From Heteronotia binoei (taxonomy: Eukaryota), in assembly GCF_032191835.1 (NCBI RefSeq), contig NC_083235.1:45880001-45944000 (forward strand): a stretch of 64,000 nucleotides of DNA. The letters run 5' to 3'. Positions 11,878 through 24,694 of the stretch are shown piece after piece. Numbering within the stretch: position 1 is the first letter of the stretch; each line of letters begins with the position of its first letter. The notes below the pieces were generated by a model. The model was given only the letters and a program-made list of their open reading frames with translations, made no database searches and was not told where the DNA came from. The translations under genes and the position numbers were made by a program.

Positions 11878-12214
11878 GTAAGGGCATCCTTTTGCAAATA
11901 TTGGAGATAGAATACTTGAATGGTGTTTTAATTCCACCGCCTTCCACCCTTCTGTCATTGTCATCCACTTCTTTGTTCTTATGACCAACCATTTAACCAT
12001 CTGTCTATGTACCTGTTTGTTGACAACCCGGTTTTCTACGTACCTTGAGATCAACCCCATCTATCCATTCTTTCTGCCTTTCAATCATTAAGCTGTGTTC
12101 TTTTTATTTTTCTCTTTGATTCTAAAGTGCTTACTTCTGAATTTCAGTTCAGCTGATCTACTTACGTTGAAAGATAGAAGGAATGATTAGTTCTGTATGC
12201 TGTGAAGTGGGATG

Positions 12215-12390
12215 TGGAATGGTATAGTATAGCCGAATCTTGTCAGATCTCAGAGTAAACAGGGTCAGTACTTGGGTGAGAGATACCAAGGAAGACTTTG
12301 CAGAGGAAGGCAAAGGCAATAGCACCTTTGCTTAATCACTTGTCATTAAAACCAATTGGGGTTGTCATAAGTTGGCTGTTACGCAGGAGG
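12215..12390 (+). mobile_element. 5S rRNA-headed SINE with Sauria-SINE-like tail (AQP14 intron 1)
   Basis: atcttgtcagatctcagagtaaacagggtcagtacttgggtgagagatacc plus aggcaaaggcaatagcacc...gttgtcataagttggc tail. Confidence 0.65.
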
Positions 12391-13734
12391 CGGAAAAAGA
12401 AATTATTTGGTACTTATTCTCACCAGCCACACTGATATCAATATGTTCAAAATCAGGACAGATGGATGCCATTTTAGGATGCTGCTGTACCTGATTTCTC
12501 CTTTACAGCTATAGACTGGGAGTTAAAAATGGGTTTAGAAAGCACCCCCTGCCCCTGGAGGGAGGGAACAAGGGAGAAAGAGCCTGCACAGCCAGCCAGG
12601 TGCCTCATTTTCCACATGGGGCATGTCCTTTATCTTCACCATTTGTAGGTTTACTAACCTCCAGATGGTGGCTAGAGATCTCCTGGGATTACAGTTGATC
12701 TTCAGGCAACAGAGATCAGTTCACCTAGAGAAAATGGCTGCTTTGGAAGGTGGATTCTATGATGGTGTACCCCAGTGAAGTCCTTCACCTCCCCAAATCC
12801 CATCCTCTTTAGGCTCCACCTCCTCAATCTCCAGATATTTCCAAACCTAGAGTTGGCAACAGTAACTGTGTGGGTATTATGAGACCAGTCCAAGTGCATC
12901 CTTTGCCATGCCAGGGCCAGTCCCTGCTTGAGGCCTTGCTTGCAACCTGCCGGGAGGGGGCAATCCTACAGGCCATTGACCCACCAGACTTTTCCCAGTT
13001 GCCATAATGGCACCTTGCCCTGCCCAATTTCTTCTACTGGTTAAGTCAATAAGAAGCTGAACATGTAGGTTTGTCAGGTCCTACTGTGCTCTTGGCTGGG
13101 GATTCTGGAGCTCTCCTAGAGTCTTCTGCTGCGTGTACGGTGACATTACCCGGAAGTGACATTGCGGTGCCGGCACTGTGTGCAATGCTCTAGGTTTGGG
13201 GCAAAATTCTGAGGGTTTTAGCTACAAAGCCATAGAGTTTGCCCAGAAAACAGCATCATTATGCAATGTCCCCAGCATGATGATGTCACTTCCGACTGAC
13301 ATCATCATGTCAGGATGTCGCACAGTGATGTCCCTGATGGAGGGTGGGATTTCCCCTGCCGGCCAGCTACAGAGCAGTAGATTGGAGCCCTGTAGACTGG
13401 AGGAATCTTCTGGCCAGACTGGGGAGCCAGGCAACTCTATGAACATGGCCATGTGCTCCTTGGGTTTAATCTTGTGCTCGGCAATAAGTTAATTGGGAGA
13501 TTTAAAGTAAGGCATTCCTTTGAAGCATCCTTATAAACCGTTTTTCTGCAGAGCATTCCTGAATAAATGGCGACAAACATAGCCAGGCTGGATTGTAATT
13601 AGAGCAAATAAAATAAATAACCTAGTTGTTTGAGCCTTGAGATGTAAGGTTTAGGAAATGGCTGTGCATATACATGCATTTTCTATTCCCACCTTGTTGG
13701 AATGGCTTGCCCAAGGAAGTCAGGAAGGCCTCCT

Positions 13735-13869
13735 CAGGGCTGGCCCTGGCACTAGGCAACTTCTTAGGGTGCCGGTTTTATGGCCGAACTGAGTGCCCCC
13801 CACGTGACTCAGTGACATTATCAGTGCTTGGGGGGGGGGGTGTGCCAGAAGTTAGCCTTGCCGGCCCTG
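13735..13869 (+). mobile_element. hAT-type MITE
   Basis: TIRs cagggctggccct/gccggccctg; 8-bp TSD ggcctcct/ggcttcct. Confidence 0.75.
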
Positions 13870-14218
13870 GGCTTCCTCATTTCTGGCATTCTGCAACCTA
13901 TATAAAACGAAACTATTCAGAAGTATATTTTGTAAATATAATGGTGGCGGAAGAAATTCATTTTTTCTTGGCTACCTTACAAGACTTGAAGGCTGGTTAT
14001 TCTGTTGTGGTTGCCTCAATCACAACAGGCCACTGAGAGCCATGTATTTCTTGAAGCCGCAGGCACTGTTTCTGTTATCTTAAGGAGTTAATCCCCCAAT
14101 GTATGTTTTTTAGATTTTAGAGTTTTCTGTAAACCTGGGTCTTTTCTAAGGTTTTAGTCTCCGGATTTAAGTTTCCACAGTTGGGGCCACACTGACGATA
14201 AAGGTTATCCAGTATCTT

Positions 14219-14464
14219 AGCCAGTTTGGTGTAGTGGTTAAGTGTGTGGACTCTTATCTGGGAGAACCGGGTTTGATTCCCCACTTCTCCACTTGCACCT
14301 GCTGAAATGGCCTTGGGTTGGCCATAGCTATCTCAGGAGTTGTCCTTGAAAGGGCAGCTGCTGTCAGAGCCCTCTCAGCCCCACCCACCTCACAGGGAGT
14401 CTGTTGTAGGGGGAAGCCGCTCCGATTCAGAGAGAAGGGTGGGGTATAAATCTGCAGTCTTCTT
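14219..14464 (+). mobile_element. tRNA-headed SINE with L2-like tail (Squam3-like)
   Basis: A-box tggtgtagtggtt, B-box-like ggtttgattcc, body ctctcagccccacccacctcacaggg, tail gggtataaatc...tcttctt; near-full match to the copy at 61573-61840. Confidence 0.85.
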
Positions 14465-14587
14465 ATATTTAATGAGGATAGGTTAGAATGCTAGGGTAGT
14501 ATTTCCTGATAATGTGTCTCTCTTATATGTCCATTTGTGTAAAGTATGCCTACATCCAGTGATTCTTCACTATTCTCTTCACTCCAG

Positions 14588-14944
14588 GAACTGCGGAGCC
14601 GTCAATTCTGGTGTTGCTTGTTGGCAGAAGCATCTGGCACCCTCATCTTTGTCTCAGTAGTGCTGGGTGCTTCCTCCCCTGCTGGTCCTAAACAAGTGCT
14701 CCCTCCTCCACTCCAGCCAGCTCTTGCTGCAGGGCTGGTTGCCATCAGCTTGGCACACTGCTTTGGCAAGGTCAGTGGCGCCCAGGTCAATCCAGCACTC
14801 ACTGTGGCTTTCCTGTGCACTCGCAAACTGGATGCTCTGCATGCTGCAAGCTATATCCTGGCCCAGTGCCTAGGTGCCATCCTAGCATCAAGTGCCTTCT
14901 TCCTCATGCTGCCTGCCTCAGCCATTGGGCAACTGGTTACCAAG
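14588..14944 (+). CDS. AQP14: Aquaporin-14 coding exon 2 (TM1-TM3, first NPA)
   Basis: Acceptor ttcttcactattctcttcactccag|GAA; 357 nt encoding ELRSRQFW...SGAQVNPALT...QLVTK; donor aag|gtgagt; phase 0. Confidence 0.92.
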
Positions 14945-16826
14945 GTGAGTGAGCTGCACCCTTTTTTCACTCCAGTTATCCTGGGAGATGCACCCTTTCC
15001 ACTCTAGCTAGCAGGGGCACAGAATGGCTTTACTGCTAGTGGCTGCGCCAGTCCCATCTCATGGTGCTGTACTGGGCCACTGAAGGTCTGAAACCATATA
15101 CGGACCACACAGGAATGGCAGTCTGAAGTTCAGTCACTGCATGATCACCTGATTTTGACAAAAGGAGGGAACTGTAAGAAAGCCAGTCGTATCAGCTAAG
15201 GAAATCATCTGATTCCAAAAGGCTAATGGTTTAGGGTAATGCTCCAAGACCTCTACAAATGCTTCCTGGTTATTCTTTCTTGCTGTTTTGGACAGCAAAC
15301 TCTATACCACCCTAGCTTTTCATGTGATTCAGTGATTTTACCTTTCCATGTCCTCAGCTGACCAGGAGCTGGGTCTATCACTCTGCTTCCCTTTTCCCAG
15401 CAATCCATGGGCATTATACTGACTTTCAGCTCCCTCCTGTTGGCTATTCCTAGTGCTCCCCTCTTTTTACAGGCTCACTGGGTCCACTGTTGCCCACAAA
15501 ACATTGTATGGGCTGAAAATGTCTTTTGGAACAAGGAAGCTTGTTTTAATTGCACAAAAATTTATTTTTATACCCTTATGAACATGAACTCAATGTATGT
15601 AAGATGCCTTTTCTTCTCAGTTTAACTTGTAAATGTAAGACAAGTGTACACAGTTATGAAGATAACAGTGCTTTAATAAATCCAGTAAGCTGATCTGAAA
15701 TTGTAGCCACCTTGAAATAATCTGAAACAACATCACACAAGTTATCCTTTTTGGTAGCATGACCTTTCAGATGCCAATCAGAATATCACAAAAGAAGGTA
15801 GCTAAGTTTTGCAACGCTTGTCTCTGTATTAGAAAGGCATATATCTCTTGATTTTATTGATACTTTTATTAATTTTTCTATCCTGTTTTAACCACTGATA
15901 ATTTTGCCATTCGATGTTTACATTTGTCTAATTATTAGGCTTTTTGTCAGCTTGGTGCCGTATAAATAAACTGACTGACTGACTTATAATATTGGTCTCT
16001 TCCATCTGCTCCAGTTTGTAGTATTGTTACCCTGAGACTGGAATTTATTTGTTCTAAAATAACCATTGATCGCACTTATTCCCTTTGAAAAAAAAGATTT
16101 CTCTTTAATTCTCTTTGTAGTTTTCTGGTACATCCTGGTTATCTGTGCACCCTTTTATACATTCATCAGCCTTTGCAGGATTTTTTGATGTTACATACCA
16201 CATGGTGGTGCTCTAGCAGGAGAATAGAAAAGTTTGCAGAAATATTGCCTGCCTCTGAGCATCTGCAGAGTGAAATTGTGCTAAATCTCCTTTCTTGCCA
16301 TTCCTCTCTCCAAATTTCTTCTTTTAAAAAAATCAAAACAGAATTGATTTGAAACAGACTCCAAATTCTTAAGGAGGAAAATAAATGGATTGTTGAATCT
16401 CAGGGAGAAACTTAATAAAGAAAAATTAAGATAATTTTTCTTAATATAACACCACTACTAATTTGTCACAATTTTTGTTAGTATTTGGGTTCCTTAAGAC
16501 AAAACAAAACATGAATCACTTTGCATCCTAGATGATAAACCCCATATCCTTTCAGTTACTCATAGTGAAGACAGACACATCAAAAACAAGTAGCCATAGT
16601 TTGTTTCTAATGATAATTTGAAACCAAAATACCATCAGAGAAGTATACTAACACCATTTGTTCAAAAGCCAATATATCAGAAATTATTTCATTGTGTTGT
16701 TCACATGTAAATGACCAGGAAAATACCCTTCAGTGACTTTGGATGCTCCTTGCTGAGTGGGAGACCACAGCCTCTCACACAAGCCCTCCTCGTCTCTCTA
16801 ACCTGTCTTTGGTGCCTTCATTTCAG

Positions 16827-16991
16827 GTGAGCAGTGAAGGGAATGCTGGACAAGCCCTGGGAATGGAGGCTTTCTCCACATTCCAGCTAGCTCTCACCAT
16901 CTTTGCTGTAGAAGACCATCGGCGGCGTGAATTGGGGGAGCCCAGCATCTTGGCTATTGGCTTCTCTGTAGTGGCAGGAGCCCTAGCTGCG
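16827..16991 (+). CDS. AQP14: Aquaporin-14 coding exon 3
   Basis: tttcag|...|gtaaga; 165 nt, same length as MIP exon 2; VSSEGNAGQALGMEAF...AVEDHRRRELGEP...AGALAA. Confidence 0.93.
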
Positions 16992-17185
16992 GTAAGAGCC
17001 CCTGCAGGTGAATGAGCTGCCCCTTTAAGGTGCTGGCTGGAAATACTAGATAAATTTATGGAAAGTCATGGGCCCAGCAGCAAAGCTGGTGTTTGTAGGC
17101 CAAAGACCCACCACACAATCTGGACATTACTTTTTCAGCTATGACAGATAAAAGAGTCCCTCTTGTTTCCATGTGGTAAAATAAA

Positions 17186-17518
17186 GAAGTAACACAGGAA
17201 GAAAATCTCTGCTGGAAGAGACCAGTGGTCCATCTAGTCCAGCTTCCTGTCTCACACCGTAGCCAACCAGTTCCTATGGATGACCAACAACAAGACACAG
17301 AGGCCGAGGCCTTTCCCAGATATTGCCTCCTAACACTGGGGTTCCAAGGTTGACTGCGTCTGAATGTGGAGGTTCTCCTTAGTCACCATGGCTAGTAGCC
17401 ACTGATAGGCCTATCCTCCATAAATCTATCTAATCCCTTTTTAAAGCTGCCTATGCCTGTAGCCAGCATTACATCCTCTGGCAGTGAATTCCACATTCGT
17501 TGTGTAAAGTATTTCCTT
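17186..17518 (-). mobile_element. CR1 LINE 3' fragment
   Basis: tagccactgataggcctatcctccataaatctatctaatcccttttta...ctctggcagtgaattccac is the reverse complement of a CR1 3' end. Confidence 0.8.
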
Positions 17519-17695
17519 ATGGCCCATTATGCACACACAGCTTACTGCAGATTTTCCAAGCAGTAAGCTTTTAAGCTTGACTTTGGATTCTGTTCCTGCC
17601 TTATGCACCATTCTTTTTCCTCTGGTGTATTCATTCTGCAGGTACAATTTCAACAAACCAATTTTTCTAAATTGGGGTGGAACATCACTTATGAC

Positions 17696-17909
17696 CAATG
17701 TTCCCTCTAAGCTGCAGTCTTGTGAGCCAAAATTCGATTTTGTGAGTTACTGGTATTAAAGTTGTGAACTACTGGCATTAAAGTTGTGAGCTATGCTACT
17801 GCATAAATTATTGTGCTCTAAGGGCATTTTTCCTGAGCTAAGACAAAAATGTGTGAGCTGGAGGCTAAAAATCTGTGAGCTAGCTCACACTAACTCTGAG
17901 GAAACATTG
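17696..17909 (+). mobile_element. hAT-type MITE
   Basis: TIRs caatgttccctc/gaggaaacattg; TSD cttatgac/ctcatgat (6/8). Confidence 0.65.
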
Positions 17910-19054
17910 CTCATGATATGTGGGAGGTAGTGTCCAAAGGTTTTTTTTTAAATTATGCATTGGCCTATCGCAGCTGCACAGCAGTATCCAGTAAGCACCT
18001 TCCATTTAAATCCTTGTGGTTCAGGTTTTGCACATGCATTTTAACATTAGTTCACTGAATGAAAGGGAACAGAAAGGAATGCAGGCACAAGGGGAAAAAA
18101 CCTGATGTTGAAATTGACCAGACTTTTCCTGCATCTGACAAGCAGCTGAGAAGCCCCATGTTCCATATTGCCAAGCACTAGGGCAGAAGTGCTGAACTAA
18201 TTTGTTAGGAGGGTCAGATCTGACAAAAATGGGACTTTTGGGGGCCAGGCCATGTGTGTCATAATATTTAATGTGAGGTAGCGGAGATATAAATTTTATA
18301 AAGGGCACAGACAAATACAAAGATATTTTAAAATTTAAAATATAAACATGCTTACAACTCTTGCAATAGTTTGTTTAAAATGGAAAAGTGGGGAAATAGT
18401 GAGATTTGGCAATGCAATCTTTAAAATAAAACATCAAGGAAAAGCACAAGGATCACAGCAGAAACTAAAAATATAAAATGCTCTGAGCCTGGGAAAACAA
18501 TGAAATTGCAAGCTTCTCTCCCCCCGCCCCAGGTCTACTCAGTTTGGTAATGGCTCTCCTGTATAATATTCCCCTTTGGCTGTAGGTTCCCAGGTTAGAG
18601 TACTCACTAGGTCAGGTCCATTGAGCAGAAACAAATTGGCTGAGAGCATCAACCCTTTGCTCCTGGAATCTGAGCTTCAGGAACACTGAAAGTGAAACAA
18701 TCTCCACTCCATTGAAAGACATTGCAGCACAGACAAAGCTGCAAGGAAAACACGAAATGGATCTTCTATCAAGGTCCCTGGGCTCTATCTATCTGGGCAG
18801 AGACTTTAATGGAAAATCCACTCCACGTTCTCCCTGCAGCTTTGATGGAAAGTCTGTTCCACATTTTCCTTGCAACTTTGTCTGTGCTGCAGTCTGCAAA
18901 GACAAAGCAGAAAAGGCAGGGAACTGAAAGAGCTGGGGACTTCATCAATCTCAGAGCTTCAAACCATGAGGACAGGAAGGGGGAGAAAAGAGCCCCGGGG
19001 CCCTGATTAAAGCTCTGGGCAGGCCAATTTTGGCCCACAGGATGGACATTTAAC

Positions 19055-19317
19055 TAGGGCCTTTTTTGAAGAAAAGGCCCAGCAGGAACTCATTTGCATA
19101 TTAGGCCACACCCCCTGGTATCACCATTGTTTCACACGGGGCTTTTTAAAGCCCAGCAGAGGCTCATTTGCATATTAGGCCACACACCCCTGACATCACC
19201 ATTGTTTCACACAGGGCTTTTTTTGGTAGAAGCCCAGCAGGAACCTATTTGCATATTAGGCCACACCCCCTGACACCAAGCCAGCTGGAACTGCATTCCT
19301 GCTCAAAAAAAGCCCTG
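19055..19317 (-). mobile_element. hAT-type MITE with three octamer-bearing internal units
   Basis: TIRs tagggcctttttt/aaaaaaagccctg; perfect 8-bp TSD catttaac on both sides; ATTTGCAT at 19092, 19166 and 19247. Confidence 0.9.
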
Positions 19318-20501
19318 CATTTAACACCCCTACACTGGGGGATTCACTGCTGTGTTATCGGCCACTGTGAAAAATGAGAGTCACACAATCTCATAATATG
19401 TGGGGACGTGAAGAGTGTACAGAATTCACAGTACAACCCACTGGCACTGCTACAGAAAGCTGTGATAGTTGGCAAGGTGTATGTGTGATTTTTAAATTCA
19501 GCGGTTTGCAGAAGGTCTATGTGATTGAGCTGCCATTTTAATGTTAGACTTCCAGAGACTGCCAAAATGACTCCTCTTCCCAACTTTGTTCACTGAAGCA
19601 CTGAAGGGGAAAATGTTTTCTTAGCCAGGAAACTTTTTTTTTAATTAAAAGTTTTAGTGGGAGAGAGTTAAGCAAGGCTATGAAGGTCATCTCAATCAAG
19701 TTAGTGCTGCGCAAGCAAATCCTAAATAAATGCTTCACTTTAGGTTGGAAAGCATGCTGATCCTAGGCACGCCTACTCAAAAATAAGTCCCATGGAATTC
19801 TGTGTGGTTTACTCCCAAGTAAGTATTCCTGGGATTTCAGCCTGCAAGTATTAGTTTGCAACTTTGCATTCTACCAATTTCTTAGCAACATTCACGGTGA
19901 GCCTCCCCCCAAAGGCAATCATTTAACGAGGAAGAAGAACCTGATCCTAGGACTGTCTACGCAAAAGTAAGTCCAACTGAGTTCAGTTGGGCTTACTCCT
20001 GAGTAAGTATCCCTGGGATTTCAGCCTGCAAGTATTCATTTACAACTCTCCTCTTTTAAAACTCCCCCCATTGTTTTAAGTTTTTTACAAGCAGCATGAG
20101 ACTAGCATTGGTTTCATATTGCTAGACTCATATAGCTTGTAAAAAAAATTAAAAATTAATACAGTGAGAGGAAATGGAGCTTGTACATCAATGATGAGGG
20201 GAAGATGGTGGATGCAGAGTAGGCAGACCGACCTCAGTGTTGGTGGTGGAGTAGGAGACGGGGAAAAGGCAACGGGGAAATCTGAGGGAATCTACATTTT
20301 AAATTACCTTTGGCCTGGAAATTAAGCAAGGGAAAATCCAGCGCAAAAAGTACTCAAAAAAAAAATCAGGAAAACAGCAATTGGAAAGTGAACTGAGCAC
20401 TGAAAGGAGGAAAAACAATGCAGAATGAAAAAGAAAACCCAACATATGTATATTGTGAAAGTGAAGCAGAACATCTGTGCGTAATAGGCCTTTGTCCATT
20501 C

Positions 20502-20960
20502 CAAGGGCATAGCCAGGAATTTTTTCTTCAGGGGGAATTTAAATAATTCAAAGGGGTACTCAGCCAAGGTAAGGCAAGCAAATGAGCCCCTCCCATAGCC
20601 ATGCTGTGGATCCCCATGGCTGCAAGGATGCAACACAAAACAAAAGTATACTTGCGCCTACTGGGTGGGTGCAGGGCTTGCTTGCACTGAGCAGTGGTGG
20701 CAATGGGCCAGCAAGAGAGGGCCACACAGGGCTTTGCAGCAGCGGCAATGAGAGGCTGGCGAGAGAAGGGGGCCATGGTGCAGGGCTTGCTGGTGGTGGG
20801 GCAGGCCAGAGAGGATGGTATGGGGCTTGCCAGCAGCAGCAATTAGTGGCTTGTGTGAAGCTTGCCAGCAACAATGACAAGTATAATAATTAAGTTGGAG
20901 GGCCTTGGTGATAAGTTGGGGGGCCAGGTCCTGAGAGGCCCCACTGTAGCTACAGGCCTG
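20502..20960. mobile_element. hAT-type MITE
   Basis: Ends caagggcatagcc/gctacaggcctg; TSD gtccattc/gtgcatcc (6/8). Confidence 0.55.
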
Positions 20961-20968
20961 GTGCATCC

Positions 20969-21540
20969 TGCATCTACTGCCCATCACCTTCATTGGATGC
21001 CCTGAAGTTCTAGTATTTTGGAAGGAGAAAATATTCTTTGTCAACTCTCTATCAACCCCACCCTGTAGTCATTTCTTTTCTAAACTGAAAAGTTCCAGTC
21101 TTCATCCTTTCCTCATAGGGAAGGCCCTCCAACCCCCAATAATCTTGGTCGCCCTGTTATGTACCTTTTCCAGCTCTGTGATGTCCTTTATGAGATACAG
21201 TGGCCTGAACTACACACAGCAGGGCTTTTTTTGTAGAAAAAGCTCAGCAGGAACTCATTTGCATATTAAGCCACACCCCTTGATACAAAGTCAGCTGGAA
21301 TTCCATTCCTGTACTTTCCCGCTCAAAAAAAGCCCTGGTATACAGTATTCAAAATGAGGCTGCACTATATATCCGTACAGGGGCGTTGTAATATGGGCTG
21401 TGCATTTTGAATTCCTTTCCTAATTCTTCCCAGGATACAGTTTGCCTTTTTCACTGCTGCAGCACACTGGCTTGACACTTCAATTGAGCTATCTATTATG
21501 AAGCCTAGATCTTTTTTCCTCTCAGTCTCTGCAGAGTACA
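20969..21540 (-). mobile_element. Old CR1 fragment interrupted by a MITE
   Basis: ctttcctcatagggaagg...gtaccttttccagctct...cagtattc...tttgcctttttcactgctgcagcacactgg is the reverse complement of the CR1 ORF2 C-terminal region. Confidence 0.75.
21220..21337 (-). mobile_element. hAT-type MITE (octamer family) nested in CR1
   Basis: TIRs cagggctttttt/aaaaaaagccctg; flanks acacacag/gtatacag look like decayed copies of an 8-bp target in the CR1; ATTTGCAT at 21257. Confidence 0.85.
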
Positions 21541-22595
21541 TGTGTAGCCTGGAGGAAGTTCTAGGTTCAGTTCCCAGCCTCACTGCTTAAAGAATCTCTG
21601 CTAGTAGGTGTTGGAAAAGCCTTCTTATTAGATTGGCTGATAGGTAGAGTAGACAGTATTTAAGTACATGGTCTGATTGGATAGGAGACAGCTTCATATG
21701 TTCAGAATGAGAAAACGATAAAGTCTGAAAGTTAATATGTAGCCAAATATTTTGATTTTGCATTCAGATCTTCTAGAACAGAAGGTTTAATCCCAACACA
21801 AATGGCTTCTGCAACCTTCTTTCCCAGCATATGAACATTCTGGCAGCTTTACAAGTCCATAGCTATAAGGGGAGCACACTGGAGTGATACCCCCAATTCC
21901 TGGTTTTCATTTTAAAAAGAGAGAGAGAGAGAAGCATTAAGCAGCTTCAGAGAAGGAAACCCTTTGCATCTCTGCCTGAGTCACTTGACTGGCCTTTCTT
22001 CTCTCCAGTCGGCAACACATGGAGGGTATAAAGTTTCAGTGTGCTTGTGGCTCACAGTTGCTATGTTTCAACATTACCGACTGTATCCCAGACTAGCCCA
22101 CAATACTTTGTTGACTTGGGGCAGAAGGGTGTTGTTTTATTTTTACTGCATTTTTGTTCATATTGAAAGCCACTTTGGTTTCCTTCAAGGAGATGAGGAG
22201 GATATCAATATTTAAATTAATATAATAAATACATACAGCAATCTTCTGAGCACACATGTATCAATGACACTGCCTTGAGAACATTGAGGGGATATTGAAT
22301 TATGTGCGCTAAACAGAGCAATATCTCTTACAGCAGCAGAAAATTATAAAACATTTAAGAGAAATGCTTCCTTGCAAAGCAGAGTTGAACATTAGTATGA
22401 TGTTTAGTACTGGTACACAAAGGACTGAGAAGGGATGCTGAAATCAAAATCCGCACACAGAATACATTTGTTAAAAATCTGATATTTAGAATAGTGTGTT
22501 CAAATTATATAATATGAAAGTTATGGTTACAGAATCACACATACCTGGTATTGAATGCTAAAGAAGTCCTGTAGGTGAAATACTTGCCATCATCA

Positions 22596-22765
22596 CCGGA
22601 GACATATGGTAGGGTTTTCAGAGGTAGTTTGCTATTGCCTTCCTCCGCATCATAATCTTGGTGTTCCTTGGTGGTTTCCAATCCAAATACTAGCCAGAGC
22701 CAACCCTGCTTAGCTTCTGAGATCTGACAAGATCAGCCTAGTGTGGGCTATCCAGAACAGGGTAG
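22596..22765 (-). mobile_element. 5S rRNA-headed SINE, antisense
   Basis: ccatccaaatactagccagagccaaccctgcttagcttctgagatctgacaagatc is the reverse complement of a 5S-like head. Confidence 0.7.
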
Positions 22766-22888
22766 GCTAAATACTAATAGTAAGAATACCAATTAGGATG
22801 AAGATGCTGGTTATAACTCATGAAATTATCCGTTGAAGAATGGAAATGGAATATCATTACTGACTATGCCAATATGATATCTCTCCAG

Positions 22889-22969
22889 GGCATATTCTCT
22901 GGGGGCAGCATGAATCCAGCCCGATCACTGGGACCAGCTGTAGTAACAGGAATCTGGGAACATCACTGG
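22889..22969 (+). CDS. AQP14: Aquaporin-14 coding exon 4 (second NPA)
   Basis: ctctccag|...|gtgagt; 81 nt, same length as MIP exon 3; [27 protein letters not shown]. Confidence 0.95.
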
Positions 22970-23479
22970 GTGAGTGGATGCTGGAAACCCAGCTGAGAGA
23001 TTAATGGCACTGTGTCCTTCTGAGCACGTATGTTTAGTTTGCCCTTCTTTCCCCAAAAATATTTATTTAGGGGCAAGGATCAAACCTGCCCGGAAGCTAC
23101 AGGCACTGTGAAAGTAGGTCAAACCAGCTGAGATGTTGTGTGTTCTATGAATGGAGCCTACAGGTGCAGCCTGGAAATATACCGAAATTACAACTGATCT
23201 CCAGACTTCAGAGATCAGCTCCTTTGGAGAAAATGGTTGTGTTGACGATGGATTCTTTGGCATTATATTCATCTGAGGACCCACCACCACTACCACCACT
23301 CTGCAGACATCACCCCCAAATATCCAGGAATTTCCCAGCCTAGAGTTGATAACTCTATTCTAGTGTCTTTAAAAAAAAATCACAACTGGGAGGGCCCATT
23401 CTCACTGAGGACCCAGTCACAAATAGCCCTATAGAGCTTCTATTTGGGGAAAACATACAGATACTTATTTGGATTATCA

Positions 23480-24110
23480 GATGTTTGTTTGTTTATGCTA
23501 TTTATAGTCTGCCTTTTTTACTTGGACTTAAGGTGGATTACACAGAGTGAATCAATACAATCAACAAAATGGGACATTCAGTAAACCAGTGCAATAGAAT
23601 TAGGGCTGTAGAACTAATCAGGAATCTAAAAACAGAACTGAAGCAAAACCTAAGTATTTAGATGACACATTATATGATACAAAATTACAGACTTACAACA
23701 AGCTATACATAGTATCACAGTCAATAATTTGTCCAAGTAAATGTGAATCATTTTGTACAGTGCAACTCTATTTTCTACACAGAAAAGCCCTCTTGAATAA
23801 TTCGGTTTTGCATAGTTTGTGGAAAGCTAGGAAAGCGGGGCACATTGGAGCAGGCACATGTATGGGCACTAGTTTGTTTTTGCTAATTTGCAGGTTAGCT
23901 CTTGCAGAAAGCCCTACTCAGATGAGCGAAACTGTTGTAGCAGAGCACAGATGAAGAGGTAGTCTCACAGATGTGAGGGTTCAAGGCCATGGAGAGCTTT
24001 CTGCATGACAGCCCTATTACTGATGGGCAGCCAGTGGAGTGAATGCAGAATAGGAACATTACGTGTGCTTCATCTAGCTCCCAATATTATTTGAGCCATG
24101 GTGTTGGAGC
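23480..24110 (-). mobile_element. Degenerate L2-like LINE 3' fragment
   Basis: A 3' tail reading gtttgtttatgctatttatagtctgcc and upstream ccatggagagctttc...ggcagccagtggagtga resemble antisense squamate L2. Confidence 0.5.
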
Positions 24111-24694
24111 TCTCTTCACAGAACTCCTAGCAGCTCTTCTGGTTTGGCCCTGGATTTCTTGATTTGTTGTCCCCTCTCTAAGAGCTCTCACTCTGTGGAT
24201 TGATTTCCATGAGATACAGAGTATGAGAAGGTGGAGATCCTAGACCCAAGCTGCGAATGTCACAGTCATATGTGATTTATATGTTCTTCTCTCTTCCTGT
24301 GTGTTCCTGCTCCAGGTTCACACTGTAGCGCACAGCAGAAGGAACTTTAGCTTTGCCCCCTAAGTTGTCACCTTTAAAAAAATGGTCAAAAGGGGGAGGG
24401 ACTATTTCAGCCTATTGCAGAAAACCATGTACCATTCTTCAGTGGACCTAACAATTCCTTCTCCGTTATCATTTGTTCATGGTAACAGTGCAGAGGCGAA
24501 GGCTGAAGTTCCTTCTACACACAAGCTGCACTCCAATTTAGAGCAAGAACATGGGTAGAGCATGCAAATAATGTATGACTGTGATAAAATAACATTTCAG
24601 TTCACAGGCTGTGTATACAGGGTTGCTAACTCTGGATTGGGAAATTCCTGGAGATTTGGGAGTGGAATTGCCAGGCTGTGGCAGCCAGTGGGGG

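Noticed and set aside
14219-14290. tRNA gene
   Set aside because: The A/B boxes belong to a SINE head; there is no full cloverleaf and the sequence continues into a SINE body. Same for 61573 and 50770.
14546-15007. ORF-track start MPTSSDSS... as the primary AQP14 N-terminus and its read-through tail
   Set aside because: The first 14 codons coincide with a polypyrimidine tract and AG acceptor, and a better first exon exists at 11863. The part after 14944 is intron. Kept only as a possible minor isoform.
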